DNA from: Patescibacteria group bacterium
GTDB taxonomy: Bacteria; Patescibacteriota; Microgenomatia; UBA12405
Assembly (NCBI GenBank): GCA_013387215.1
Contig: WARW01000022.1
Coordinates: 5,357 to 69,356 of the forward strand
Direction of reading: 5' to 3'
DNA length: 64,000 bases
Shown here piece by piece: positions 37,188-47,137 of the stretch. Under the pieces are notes generated by a model, which ran no database searches, was not told the DNA's origin, and was given only the letters and a program-made list of their open reading frames with translations. Numbering within the stretch: position 1 is the stretch's first letter; every line of letters starts with the position of its first letter. Position numbers and translations under genes: made by a program.

Positions 37188-38844
37188 ACAAATTTAAAAT
37201 GTCGAAAGCAGGTTTTTGATCTAAGAAATTGACAGTTTTAAGCATCTTAGTATTGCTTTGATTGTAATTGTTTGGAGATGTAATTAAAAGTATGTGTTGG
37301 CCAGCTTGAATATTTGCGATTGTGCTTTTAATTTCCCAATCGTTTACAAATCTAAATTTATCAAAAGCATCAACCCAATACCAGTCAGCATGAAAATCCC
37401 AGATCTTTTTTGGATCATTTTGATAGGAAGCTGGATTCCAAGGCCAATAGAATAAAACATATTCATGGGCTTCTCCATATTTTTTTGTAATAATGATCTG
37501 GTCGTATTCATTGTAATGATCTTTAGCATAGGAAATGGCTTCTTTATATCCATATTGCCAAGATTCAGAATACTTGGATGAATATTGAGTAAAATAATTA
37601 TTCATATAGTTGAAGGTTTGTATGCTTAGTGCCAAAAGTAGAAGTATAGAAAATATATATTTTGCTTTATTTTTCTTCAATATACTTATAAATAATACAA
37701 ATCCATAGGAAATAAATATTTGAGGCAGCGGGAGGATGGTCATGGCACGAATTATGGGAAAATCACCGGTAGTGATGACTGCTGGAGCAAGACCAAGAAC
37801 AAACCAACCAACAAGAAATAACGAAAGCTTGTTTTTACGAAAAATATCAATAATAAGAAAAATAATACCAGTATAGAAAAATGGTAAAAGAATTGGATAT
37901 AAAACTCCAGTATTGGGTATATTAAATTGATAATTTTGAGTGCTATTAAAAAATAGTATTTTAGGATTAAGGAAACCTAAATAATTTTTTGATACTTCAG
38001 TAACGAAATAAACTGGCTTGTTATATATTATTTTTCCTATTAATGGGCTACCTTTAAAATGATTTCGATTTTCATTAATTACATTTACAGAGGCTGGGTT
38101 TATTATAAAGACCCACCTACTCCTGGCTTTGGAACTGTTTCCAAACAGGTTTAATATTTGAGGTAATAAAAGTATAAAAAATATAATAAGTGATGTTGAA
38201 AAATAGATTTTATATTTTTTGAAAAATGCAAAAAATTGTTTGTAAAAGATGAAAGCAAATAATACTATGATTAGAGGTCCAGCAATTCTGGTGTTATGGT
38301 AGCCATAGGTTGATAATGCGAGACTAAATAATCCAGGAAGTAATAATTTAGGTTTATTTTTTAAAGCATAAAGAATTAATAAGATTCCCAGGGCAAAGAA
38401 AAATTGAGCAATTGTAGATTGGAAAACAGCTCTTGATGGGAACAAGGTCCAAGGTGAGACTGCGGTTAGAAGCATTAAAAGTAGAGCTGGTTTATTTTTC
38501 TTGAAAATTAGTTTTCCAAAATAAAAAGCAATAATTACTAAACCGAATCCAAGGATGGCTGATGGTAGTCTTATTGATGTTTCGTTTAACCCAAAAAAGT
38601 AGACGAAAGGTATGGTTAAATACATATTTAAAGTCGTAGGATAGTCACCATAAGCTCGGAAATTAAAAATGGGCCAACTGGTTCCCCATTGGTCTTTACC
38701 GGTATTTAAAAGGCTATAGGCATTGTACCCATGACTAATTTCGTCCCAGTTAAGGCTGACAGGATATTTATTAAGCTGCCAAAATCTTAAAAATATTGCG
38801 AAAAGAACAATAAATATAAATAATATTTTTTCAAGTTTATTCAT
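37174..38844 (-). CDS. GT-C glycosyltransferase, GT39/PMT/ArnT-like (PMT_2), paralog
   Basis: NKYPVSLNWDEISHGYNAYSL is the loop-1 motif. The C-terminus has WQYGYKEAISYAKDHYNEYDQIIITKKYGEAHEYVLFY. Confidence 0.75.
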   Translation of the reverse strand: MNKLEKILFIFIVLFAIFLRFWQLNKYPVSLNWDEISHGYNAYSLLNTGKDQWGTSWPIFNFRAYGDYPTTLNMYLTIPFVYFFGLNETSIRLPSAILGFGLVIIAFYFGKLIFKKNKPALLLMLLTAVSPWTLFPSRAVFQSTIAQFFFALGILLILYALKNKPKLLLPGLFSLALSTYGYHNTRIAGPLIIVLFAFIFYKQFFAFFKKYKIYFSTSLIIFFILLLPQILNLFGNSSKARSRWVFIINPASVNVINENRNHFKGSPLIGKIIYNKPVYFVTEVSKNYLGFLNPKILFFNSTQNYQFNIPNTGVLYPILLPFFYTGIIFLIIDIFRKNKLSLFLVGWFVLGLAPAVITTGDFPIIRAMTILPLPQIFISYGFVLFISILKKNKAKYIFSILLLLALSIQTFNYMNNYFTQYSSKYSESWQYGYKEAISYAKDHYNEYDQIIITKKYGEAHEYVLFYWPWNPASYQNDPKKIWDFHADWYWVDAFDKFRFVNDWEIKSTIANIQAGQHILLITSPNNYNQSNTKMLKTVNFLDQKPAFDILNLYGQK

Positions 38845-40510
38845 GAGGTTTTTTACTTGGTCTTGAGAGTATTATAGCCAATATTATGCTTAAAAGACTG
38901 ATAATATTTGCAGTTTTTCTTATAGGAGTGTCGGAAAATGATAGATTAATAGTATGTTTGCCTTGAGTTAGGTCAAATTGAATTAACCCAAGATCAGGCG
39001 TAGTTCTATAATTAGTTTTTACATTATCAATAGATAGAGTCCAATTGGGGAAATATACAACTGGCATAGTAATGGTTGAACTTTTGGCAGCAGTGATAAT
39101 AGCTGAAACATGATTACTTTGTTTTTTATAATCTAAAATAGTTATATTAGAATTATTTGAAGCTGTTGGCTTATCGGGCGCGTAAACATCTGGAACTTTA
39201 TTTCCTGTTTTTGGCCAATAATCTTTTAAACCCGCACCGCTTTGTTGTATTAGAGCCTGGCCAGATAATTTTTGCTGGTCAGTAAGATTAGGAAACCAAA
39301 TATCTTCTTTAAAATAACTAATATTTAAAATAATTGTTATTAGGCAAATGATGATTGTTAAATATGGAATAAATTTTTTATTCTTAAAAAGATAAACTGC
39401 TGATCCTCCAATAAAGGATAGTGAAAAAATTACACTAGCCAAGAATCTCCATGGGAATTGATAGTAAGCCATAAAAGGCAGTGCTTTCCAGATAAAAGTT
39501 GATTTTGAGTGGGTTAGAAATGTTGAAAAAATAAACACAGAAAAGAAAAACACAAAAATAACGGGGTTTATTTTTTTGTTTTTAAAGCGAGTAAAAACGA
39601 AAAATATTAACAATAATATGCCTAAGATCCAGTGGATGTGTCCAATCGAAAAAGACATGTCGTCTATTGGACCCCAAAGTGAAGCACCGTATCCCCAAAA
39701 CCTAGATATAAATAGTTCTGAAAGAGTGGCGAAATGAATAACATAATAAAAATAACCTTGAGTCATAGTATCAACAGTGACCAGATTTTTTTCAAATATT
39801 ACAGGAAGAGTAAAAAAAGCACTTATTCCAATACTAAGTAGTGTTGGAATAGATATGTTAATTATATTTTTTATATTTAATTTATTATTTTGCCAAAGCA
39901 AAATTAATGTATAAACTAACAAAATTGGGGCAAAAGTCAGACTGGTTAAGTTGTGGCTTAATAAAAGTGAAGCTAATAGTATTATGAATAACAACTTATG
40001 TTTATTTTTTGTGATTACTTGAGTTAATGCCCAAAATAAAAATGGAGTAATATTTAGAGCCAGTGATTCAGCAATTGCTCCTCTGACATAACTATCAACT
40101 GACTGATATGGAGCTAAAAGAAATAGAGTGGCGGAAATTATGCCTCCAAGTTTGCCCCAATAATGTTTTGCAAAAAAATACATGCCAAATATCCCTATGA
40201 TATGGCATAAAATAAAAACAATTTTTATACTATCAATATAGCTAAAGCTAATTAAATGAAAAACTTCAGCAATTGCGTAAGGAAGCGGTGAATAGTAATT
40301 ATAAAGAGGATAACCATAACCAAAACCTGCATCGGGGATATAACGACACGGAATTTGGAAATCATGTATACATTTATCAAATTGATTCAACCGAAATACT
40401 TGAATGTCGTCTTGCATGGATGGATATCCAGGCCTTAAAAGTCTGTAAAAAGATAATATGGAAAGGAGTATTAATACAATAGGAATGATTATTTTTGTAA
40501 TATATTTCAT
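38837..40510 (-). CDS. Polytopic GT-C-like membrane protein, second family (paralog of 61133..62869; YfhO/PTPS-related-like architecture with C-terminal beta domain and terminal TM)
   Basis: Its N-terminal motif is RPGYPSMQDDIQVFRLNQFDKC...QIPCRYIPDAGFGYGYPLYNYYSPLPY, shared with 61133..62869. It ends ...TPIRKTANIISLLSIILAIIL (a C-terminal TM), like its paralog. Confidence 0.5.
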   Translation of the reverse strand: MKYITKIIIPIVLILLSILSFYRLLRPGYPSMQDDIQVFRLNQFDKCIHDFQIPCRYIPDAGFGYGYPLYNYYSPLPYAIAEVFHLISFSYIDSIKIVFILCHIIGIFGMYFFAKHYWGKLGGIISATLFLLAPYQSVDSYVRGAIAESLALNITPFLFWALTQVITKNKHKLLFIILLASLLLSHNLTSLTFAPILLVYTLILLWQNNKLNIKNIINISIPTLLSIGISAFFTLPVIFEKNLVTVDTMTQGYFYYVIHFATLSELFISRFWGYGASLWGPIDDMSFSIGHIHWILGILLLIFFVFTRFKNKKINPVIFVFFFSVFIFSTFLTHSKSTFIWKALPFMAYYQFPWRFLASVIFSLSFIGGSAVYLFKNKKFIPYLTIIICLITIILNISYFKEDIWFPNLTDQQKLSGQALIQQSGAGLKDYWPKTGNKVPDVYAPDKPTASNNSNITILDYKKQSNHVSAIITAAKSSTITMPVVYFPNWTLSIDNVKTNYRTTPDLGLIQFDLTQGKHTINLSFSDTPIRKTANIISLLSIILAIILSRPSKKPHE

Positions 40511-42258
40511 TGGTTATAGTTGAAGTTTAAAAGATAGAAGTTTTCTTGTTCAGTATATTTCTTTTTAACTTCGTCGATTTTTGAAATTGAAATAGTGTTT
40601 TTATGTGATTTATTATAGTCATCTAAACTATCTTTAAGTCTAATTATATCTTTTTGCGGGATAACAAAAAGATATTTAGGGGATGGTTGGGAATCTAGTA
40701 ATGGAGACCATTCAATATTACCAATATAATATTTATTTTCTGCTTGCATACCAGTAAAAAAGTTATTGTTGTCCCATTTAAAAGAATTGGCAGGTGAAAC
40801 ATTTTTGTCGTTTGGAATATATTCAGAATAATTTAAAAAGAAAGGCATGAATGGTTCATATGAATTACTATAGTAAATCCTTTGATATCGAGTACTGTTC
40901 GATAAAGACTTGATTACAGCTTCTTTCATACCTAAATGCCAATCACGAGCAGAAATATTTGGATAGTGAAAAAAATATTGATGAGTAAAGTTTAAAAAGC
41001 ATAAAAAATATATAAAAAAGATAAAAGATATGATTGATTTAGATTTTGTGTAAGAATATAACTCTTTGATTCCTAGCAAAGAAAAGAAGGTTAAAAACGG
41101 CAGCATTATTATTAAGCGTGTGCCATGCGGAAATAACGAATCTCTTGTTAAAGCAAATGGAATTGGGGCAAATAAAAGACAAGCGAAAAATAAAATAACG
41201 AATTTTTGAGTATCATTTTTTTTATTTTTAAAAACAGAACTTAGTCCTAATATTAGGAATAATAAATCTGGAAATAATAGATAACCGGAAGTTTGGAAAC
41301 CTTGTCTTAAATTACCATCGCCTTTTAAAAATAAAAATTCAGTGGAAAATGAGGAAAAATAATTATTTATAAACATTCCAGACCAAACGCTTAATTTGTT
41401 ATAGAAAAATTTTGAAGATAATGAAGGTTTTAAACCAATTTGGTCGTTTCCGACAATTTGGATGCTATCTTCTAGTCTGGAATAGTCGATGGTTTTAGAA
41501 ACTGTAGGATCAGAGAATATATTAATATAAGAAAATCTATAGCCAGCTCTTCCTCGAATGGTATCGATAAGAAATGGTAAAGAAATAATAAAAACAACTA
41601 GAATAGCGATTGATTTTGTTTTTATGGAAAGTGTATTAATTTTTTTAAACCAGAGAATATAAATACTTGCTGCTATAAAAATCAAGAATAATTTGGCAGT
41701 ACTATAAAAATATATTGATGAAATAAAAAATACACCAGAAAAAAGGATAAACCTTAATTTTTCATTATTAATAAATTTGATCCAAAAATAAAAACCGAGC
41801 AATATGGTAAAAAGCATTCCACTTACTTCAAAACCAGTTCGACTATAGTGAATTAACCAAGGTGACAGCGAAAATAAGAAAGCACCAATTAAAGCCCAAT
41901 TAATACTTTTAAAAATATTTTTAATAATAAAAAAGAAGACAAGAATTGTTAATGTTCCGTAAATTGCTGACGGTAATCTGGCTGAAAGATCTGTGTGGCC
42001 AATAAATTTTTGAGTGAGGGCTATTGAATATAAGTAGAAAGATGTCCGCCAGTCTGAAAAAGAATGAAAATGAATAGGTAGCCTGTTGCCAAAATAATCG
42101 GTTCCTTGATGGTTAAAAACAAATGCTTGATAACTTGCATCTGCTTCGTCAGAAAAAAGTGAAGGTGGATTATCCAATATTTTGTGGGTGTGGGTAAAAA
42201 GAGAAAAAGTTAAAATAAGACCAAGGATTAGGTAAGGTAAAAATGTTTTCAGTTTCAT
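40507..42258 (-). CDS. GT-C glycosyltransferase, GT39/PMT/ArnT-like (PMT_2), paralog
   Basis: LDNPPSLFSDEADASYQAFVF is the loop-1 motif. The C-terminus has WHLGMKEAVIKSLSNSTRYQRIYYSNSYEPFMPFFLNYSEY. Confidence 0.7.
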   Translation of the reverse strand: MKLKTFLPYLILGLILTFSLFTHTHKILDNPPSLFSDEADASYQAFVFNHQGTDYFGNRLPIHFHSFSDWRTSFYLYSIALTQKFIGHTDLSARLPSAIYGTLTILVFFFIIKNIFKSINWALIGAFLFSLSPWLIHYSRTGFEVSGMLFTILLGFYFWIKFINNEKLRFILFSGVFFISSIYFYSTAKLFLIFIAASIYILWFKKINTLSIKTKSIAILVVFIISLPFLIDTIRGRAGYRFSYINIFSDPTVSKTIDYSRLEDSIQIVGNDQIGLKPSLSSKFFYNKLSVWSGMFINNYFSSFSTEFLFLKGDGNLRQGFQTSGYLLFPDLLFLILGLSSVFKNKKNDTQKFVILFFACLLFAPIPFALTRDSLFPHGTRLIIMLPFLTFFSLLGIKELYSYTKSKSIISFIFFIYFLCFLNFTHQYFFHYPNISARDWHLGMKEAVIKSLSNSTRYQRIYYSNSYEPFMPFFLNYSEYIPNDKNVSPANSFKWDNNNFFTGMQAENKYYIGNIEWSPLLDSQPSPKYLFVIPQKDIIRLKDSLDDYNKSHKNTISISKIDEVKKKYTEQENFYLLNFNYNQ

Positions 42259-42314
42259 TTATGGATAATGTATTTTATACTATTAGAGTCACTTAATTAT
42301 TATTTAAGTGTTTA
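42259..42314. promoter_or_regulatory. Divergent intergenic region (putative bidirectional promoter) inside the GT-C array
   Basis: This is a 56-bp AT-rich gap between the minus-strand GT-C run (33935..42258) and the plus-strand genes 42315..45330. Confidence 0.3.
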
Positions 42315-43622
42315 ATGGGATTTTCATATCCGCCAACAGAAGACCAGCTAAGAATAATCAGCCCGTTTTACACCTTATTAAGTAGCGATAATCTGCTTTG
42401 GATTCTAAGAATATTTTCTTTGCTGCTAGTAATTGCGTCCTTATATTTATGGTGGAAGTTATTAAATAGATTAATAAACAAAAGAATCGCTTTTATATCT
42501 GTCGTAATAATTTTAATATCTCCAACTATTTTTGTTTTATGGATGTTGCATCCGTTTGATTGCTTAAAATTTTTTTTGATAAGTATTTTTATTTCATTAG
42601 CAATGAGCATAAAGAAAAAGTGGATTTTATTTTCAATAATTGGAAGTTGTGTTTTAATTTTATTATCTTCAGTATTTACTAGTTCAGAAAGATCAAGCTT
42701 TTTACATAAATTAAGTTTAAGTGATGCACAAAGTGACGTTAATATTAGATTTGGAGCTGAGGATAAACTTACTGACCCTGTTGAAATTCTTTTAAGTTTA
42801 AAAAGAGTATCTTACAATAAATATTTTTTTTACTATAAGAACTTAATTAATGAAGTAATACCCTTCTTTGATCTGGAAACAATTTTTTATCAGGAAATTC
42901 ATCCACTTGAATCAAAATCAGTAGTTTTGTTTATTTGGCCAGAAATATTTTTATTTTTATTTGGTATTTATTTTTTGTATAGAAATAAGTACAAGAAACT
43001 TAGCCAATTTATTACCTTGATGTTTTTAATCTCTTTTTGGAACTATATATTTTGTCCAAATGAACCTTATCGCAAATTTGTGATGATATTGTTTCCAATT
43101 AGCATTTTGATTGCCTTAACTATAAATGAGGGCTTTAAGAGAAGTATTGGTTTTATGCAAAAAAGCATGTTTATAGCGACCTTTATAGTTTTAATGTATG
43201 GTATCGGAACAAATTATTATGATTTATTTAATAGAACTAGTTATTGGCTGGACAACAGGCCTCTTTTTTATGATTTTGTTTTTAAAACAATTTCAGAAAA
43301 AGGCGTCGATAATTATTCTAAAATTCAAGTTAGTTCATTAGTTGGAAAAACAGAAATGTATTGCAACTTTTATTTAAAAAAATGTGATACAGATAAGTTT
43401 GTGTTTAAATCTTTTGATTTAACTAAAGAAAAGTTGGAAGATAAAAAATTATATGCCGGATTTGTAGGTGAATTTATTGGCCCTGATTATAAGAATAATA
43501 TGAATAGCAATTGGAAGAATATGATTAGTGGGAATGAAATAAATATAATAAAAATTGATAATTTAAGAGACACAATTGCTTACAAATATGGAAATGAAAT
43601 AATTGTGGGAGAAAAAAGATAA
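42315..43622 (+). CDS. Membrane protein resembling the C-terminal two-thirds of a PMT_2 GT-C protein (N-terminal catalytic loop absent); degenerate paralog or pseudo-enzyme
   Basis: The 435-aa ORF has several TM helices and a C-terminal soluble region but no N-terminal DE-loop motif. The start is bounded by an upstream in-frame stop and a 56-bp divergent gap. Confidence 0.45.
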   Translation: MGFSYPPTEDQLRIISPFYTLLSSDNLLWILRIFSLLLVIASLYLWWKLLNRLINKRIAFISVVIILISPTIFVLWMLHPFDCLKFFLISIFISLAMSIKKKWILFSIIGSCVLILLSSVFTSSERSSFLHKLSLSDAQSDVNIRFGAEDKLTDPVEILLSLKRVSYNKYFFYYKNLINEVIPFFDLETIFYQEIHPLESKSVVLFIWPEIFLFLFGIYFLYRNKYKKLSQFITLMFLISFWNYIFCPNEPYRKFVMILFPISILIALTINEGFKRSIGFMQKSMFIATFIVLMYGIGTNYYDLFNRTSYWLDNRPLFYDFVFKTISEKGVDNYSKIQVSSLVGKTEMYCNFYLKKCDTDKFVFKSFDLTKEKLEDKKLYAGFVGEFIGPDYKNNMNSNWKNMISGNEINIIKIDNLRDTIAYKYGNEIIVGEKR

Positions 43623-43623
43623 T

Positions 43624-45330
43624 ATGAAAAAAAGATGGTATGGACTATTTATTATTTCAATAATTTTAATAGGATTTTTTCTTAGAGTTTATAAACTCGA
43701 CAAAACTCCCCCATCGGTTAATTTTGATGAAGCAGCGTTGGGATATAATGCATTTTCGATTTTAAAAACAGGAAAAGATGAATATGGTAACTTTTTACCT
43801 CTTTCGCTTAGATCTTTTAATGACTATAAGCCTGCATTGTATGCCTATTTATCTATTCCCTTTATTGCTGCAATGGGATTAAATGACGTTTCTATTAGGA
43901 TGGTATCTGCAATTGCTGGAACCGTATCTTTAATATTTTTATATTTCTTTTTAAAGTCTTTTATAAAAAACAAGTATTTACGAATATTTATTTTTATAAT
44001 TTTGTCTTTAGAGCCTTGGCGTTTACATTTTTCTAGAGTTGCATTTGAAGCTAATCTTTCTGCAAGTTTTTTTATTGCAGGAGCTTGGTATTTTTATAAA
44101 TATAGAAACTGGAAAATACAAAAAGCCAAAATATTGAAGTTTTTGTTGGTTTCAGTTTTATTTGCATTATCGGCTTATAGTTATCATTCAGCTAGAGTGG
44201 CGGTACCATTGTTTACAGTTTTTTGGGCGTTGGATCCTTTGCAAATTATTTTTGAAAAGAAACTATTTACATATATTAAATGGGTGTTTAGTAAAAGATT
44301 GTTTGCTTTATATCCTTTACTTTTATTTATACTTTTAATTTTACCGGTGTTCTTGACAACTCAAAGTACTTTGGTTTTAACTCGTTTTAAGCAAGAAAAT
44401 ATTTTTGATCGCTATTTTCCTTATGCTCCAAAAGAATTAATTGCAACAGATAATGCATGGCTCAACTGGCAGAGTAATCCAGTTTATTATTTTATGGGGC
44501 TAATTTCTGGACATGTATTAAGCTATTTTTCACCTATAAATACCGTTCAAAGAATTTTTCATTGGATAAGAGGATCAGTTCAGTATATTCCAGGATTTAG
44601 TATGTTTGGCTGGTTAGAAAGTATAATTTTTATTTTTGGTTTGGTTTATTTAATAAAAAATATAAAAAAATTAGAGAAATATCGATTTGTTTTATATTGG
44701 ATAATAGCTGGAGCTGCGCCAGCTGCAGTTACTTGGAATTGGTTTCATCCATTAAGATCTTTAAATATTTTTCCTGCTTTAGAAATTGTTATTGCAATTG
44801 GTTTTTTGAATTTATACAAATTTGCAAAAAATAATTTAACAAAGTTAACTAGATTGGCGCTATTTGGAGGCTTAAGTGTTGTTTTTGCACTGACAATAAT
44901 TTTTACTGTATGCAATGAATATAATTATAGTATTTCGGAAAATAACGGCGAGTATCAACCTGGAGGGTTCAAAGAAGGTATGCAAATATTAAAATCTATG
45001 CAAGATAATTATGATCAAGTTATTATAGATAGTCCACATGCTCAAAGTTATATTTTTCTTTTGTTTTATCAATCATTTCCCCCTGAAATAGTACAAAGAT
45101 ATGCGGGTATTAGACCCAAACCCGGTATTGAGGGCAATTTGGATTTTAATTTTGATAAATTTGTTTTTAAAAAGTTTGATTGGCCAGTTCAAAAAAATGA
45201 GCATAAAACCCTTATTTGGACTTCATCTGAAGTAAAAGAAGATGAAATAAAAAATACGCCAGGAGCAAAAATAATTTGGGTAAATAATGCAGTAATGGAA
45301 AAAGCAACGGCAATTATTTCTAAAGACTAA
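43624..45330 (+). CDS. GT-C glycosyltransferase, GT39/PMT/ArnT-like (PMT_2), paralog
   Basis: LDKTPPSVNFDEAALGYNAFSI...SLRSFNDYKPALY is the loop-1 motif. The C-terminus has FKEGMQILKSMQDNYDQVIIDSPHAQSYIFLLFYQSFPP. I chose the start at 43624 (MKKRWYG), preceded by GGAG about 13 nt upstream; the ORF track begins at 43603. Confidence 0.75.
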   Translation: MKKRWYGLFIISIILIGFFLRVYKLDKTPPSVNFDEAALGYNAFSILKTGKDEYGNFLPLSLRSFNDYKPALYAYLSIPFIAAMGLNDVSIRMVSAIAGTVSLIFLYFFLKSFIKNKYLRIFIFIILSLEPWRLHFSRVAFEANLSASFFIAGAWYFYKYRNWKIQKAKILKFLLVSVLFALSAYSYHSARVAVPLFTVFWALDPLQIIFEKKLFTYIKWVFSKRLFALYPLLLFILLILPVFLTTQSTLVLTRFKQENIFDRYFPYAPKELIATDNAWLNWQSNPVYYFMGLISGHVLSYFSPINTVQRIFHWIRGSVQYIPGFSMFGWLESIIFIFGLVYLIKNIKKLEKYRFVLYWIIAGAAPAAVTWNWFHPLRSLNIFPALEIVIAIGFLNLYKFAKNNLTKLTRLALFGGLSVVFALTIIFTVCNEYNYSISENNGEYQPGGFKEGMQILKSMQDNYDQVIIDSPHAQSYIFLLFYQSFPPEIVQRYAGIRPKPGIEGNLDFNFDKFVFKKFDWPVQKNEHKTLIWTSSEVKEDEIKNTPGAKIIWVNNAVMEKATAIISKD

Positions 45331-45928
45331 TTAAAAGAAGAATATTGAGAATTATCAGAATAATTATAAATAAAGAAACATGAACTAAATTTCTTTGATG
45401 AAAAAGATTGATTTGTTCCATTATTGTATTCTTAAATGAGCTTTTAATACTTCCTGATGTATATGTAGTCTTATAATCAATAGATTTATCTTTTAAGTTT
45501 CCATACACAAAAAGCGTGTCTGTTTTGGGATTGTCTGAAGTCAATTTTATAAAAAATTTATCACCAGATTTTGATGGAACAAATGGAAATTTAAAAGAAA
45601 TCCAGCTTGGATCGGCAATACTTACTCCTGATGTGGTTAATGATCTGATTATATTTTTGTTGTTATCAAGGAGTTCAATGTTGACATGGCTGGTATTTTG
45701 CAAAGCAGGATTTTTAAGAAGAACCGAAACCGTTTGCAAGTTACTTTTATCGGTTATTATTTCTTGGGTATAACTATTTTTAGTATCAAGTGAAAGAGTA
45801 TTTTGAAAACTTGTTTGAGAAATTCCAGGTCGTTCTTTAATAAATAATGAAGGAAGAATGACCAAAATAAAAATCAAGAATAGAGTTTCAGATACAATTA
45901 ATATTAATATTTTATTTTTCTTTTGCAT
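45320..45928 (-). CDS. Small bitopic membrane protein (N- and C-terminal TM helices flanking a beta-rich about 140-aa domain), unknown function
   Basis: The 202-aa ORF has hydrophobic helices at both ends and an S/T/N/K-rich central domain. It overlaps neighbouring genes by 11 nt and 17 nt. Confidence 0.5.
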   Translation of the reverse strand: MQKKNKILILIVSETLFLIFILVILPSLFIKERPGISQTSFQNTLSLDTKNSYTQEIITDKSNLQTVSVLLKNPALQNTSHVNIELLDNNKNIIRSLTTSGVSIADPSWISFKFPFVPSKSGDKFFIKLTSDNPKTDTLFVYGNLKDKSIDYKTTYTSGSIKSSFKNTIMEQINLFHQRNLVHVSLFIIILIILNILLLISL

Positions 45929-47102
45929 ATAAAATTATTCCTAATATTCCAGATAAAAATAAAATACTATGAATGTTGTTTTGAATGTTTACAGGATCAA
46001 AGTGTGTTTTTAATTTAATTATTTGAAACGGTGAAGTAACTGATAAAAAATTTGGGTCAACTGGTATTAAATGACCCCAAAAAAGATAACTGTCGTTGAA
46101 CAATAAGATGTATACAAAAACTAATACAAAAAATAATGGCAAGAAAATATAGAATTTAGTTTGATTATTAAAAGTTACCAGTACAAATGGTAAAAACCAA
46201 AGTATCCATTGTGGGTGGAAATTAACCATACCAATAAAAATTAAGAAAATAAAGAAAATTGATTTTTCAAATTTAAGTTTAGATTTAGAAATAATAAAAT
46301 GTATGAATATTAAAATATAGAAAACAGGAAAAATAGGAATATTTTGAATTCTAAATTCAAGTAACTTTTGGGTTAATCCAGATCCTAAAAAGGCATCATA
46401 AAAACTTTTTTGAAATATGAATGGAATTAAAGAAATAACTAGCGGTGCAAGTGAAATTAAACCATTTTTAATAAATGATAAAACTTTTTCTTTTTTGTAA
46501 AACATAAGAAACGGTAGAAAAAGAATAGGGTAAATTTTTAGTGCAATTGCAATTCCAATGGAAAGATAAGCCCAATTGGTTTTCTCTTTTTTAAGTAGAT
46601 AAAATGAAAGAAAGGTTAAGAAAGTGGGAAGAATGTCAAAGTTTCCAAGTACATAAATTAAATATAGGGAAATAGGATTGAAATACCAAAGCATTAATAT
46701 TTTTTTGCTTTTGTATTGTTTATATAAAAACCATCCTAGACTGAGATCTAGCAAAAGATATGGAATTTTTAATAAAGTTATATAAAAAGGAATGTTAGGA
46801 TCGCTATTTTGATTTTCTCCCCAATTATTTATCCAAAGATTAAAATCTTTCCCTAAAAATGGTTTGGTTAAAGTTTGAGTTACGCCAAAAGTATAATAAG
46901 TCAGCGGCAAGTAGTTGAAAGTATCTTGATATGGTAAAGAACTTTTATTTTTAGCTACGTAATCATAGATGTTAAATATTCCTTTAGAAAAGAACTGAAA
47001 ATGAAAGTTTTGTGTTTTCATGTCAGGATGATAAAAGAATGGCATTATCAGGAACCTGACGATTATGGCGAGGATTAGTATACATTTTTCTGATTTAGAC
47101 AC
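45912..47102 (-). CDS. Polytopic membrane protein, possible GT-C-type (DUF2029/GT87-like) glycosyltransferase
   Basis: The 396-aa ORF has about 10 predicted TM helices and an N-terminal FYHPDMKTQNFHFQ loop. The family assignment is tentative. Confidence 0.35.
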   Translation of the reverse strand: MSKSEKCILILAIIVRFLIMPFFYHPDMKTQNFHFQFFSKGIFNIYDYVAKNKSSLPYQDTFNYLPLTYYTFGVTQTLTKPFLGKDFNLWINNWGENQNSDPNIPFYITLLKIPYLLLDLSLGWFLYKQYKSKKILMLWYFNPISLYLIYVLGNFDILPTFLTFLSFYLLKKEKTNWAYLSIGIAIALKIYPILFLPFLMFYKKEKVLSFIKNGLISLAPLVISLIPFIFQKSFYDAFLGSGLTQKLLEFRIQNIPIFPVFYILIFIHFIISKSKLKFEKSIFFIFLIFIGMVNFHPQWILWFLPFVLVTFNNQTKFYIFLPLFFVLVFVYILLFNDSYLFWGHLIPVDPNFLSVTSPFQIIKLKTHFDPVNIQNNIHSILFLSGILGIILYAKEK

Positions 47103-47137
47103 TAATTGATTTTACAGCAAATGGTAGAATAAGTTTA
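47103..47137. promoter_or_regulatory. Divergent intergenic region (putative promoters)
   Basis: This is a 35-bp gap between divergent genes 45912..47102 (-) and 47138..48787 (+). Confidence 0.25.
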
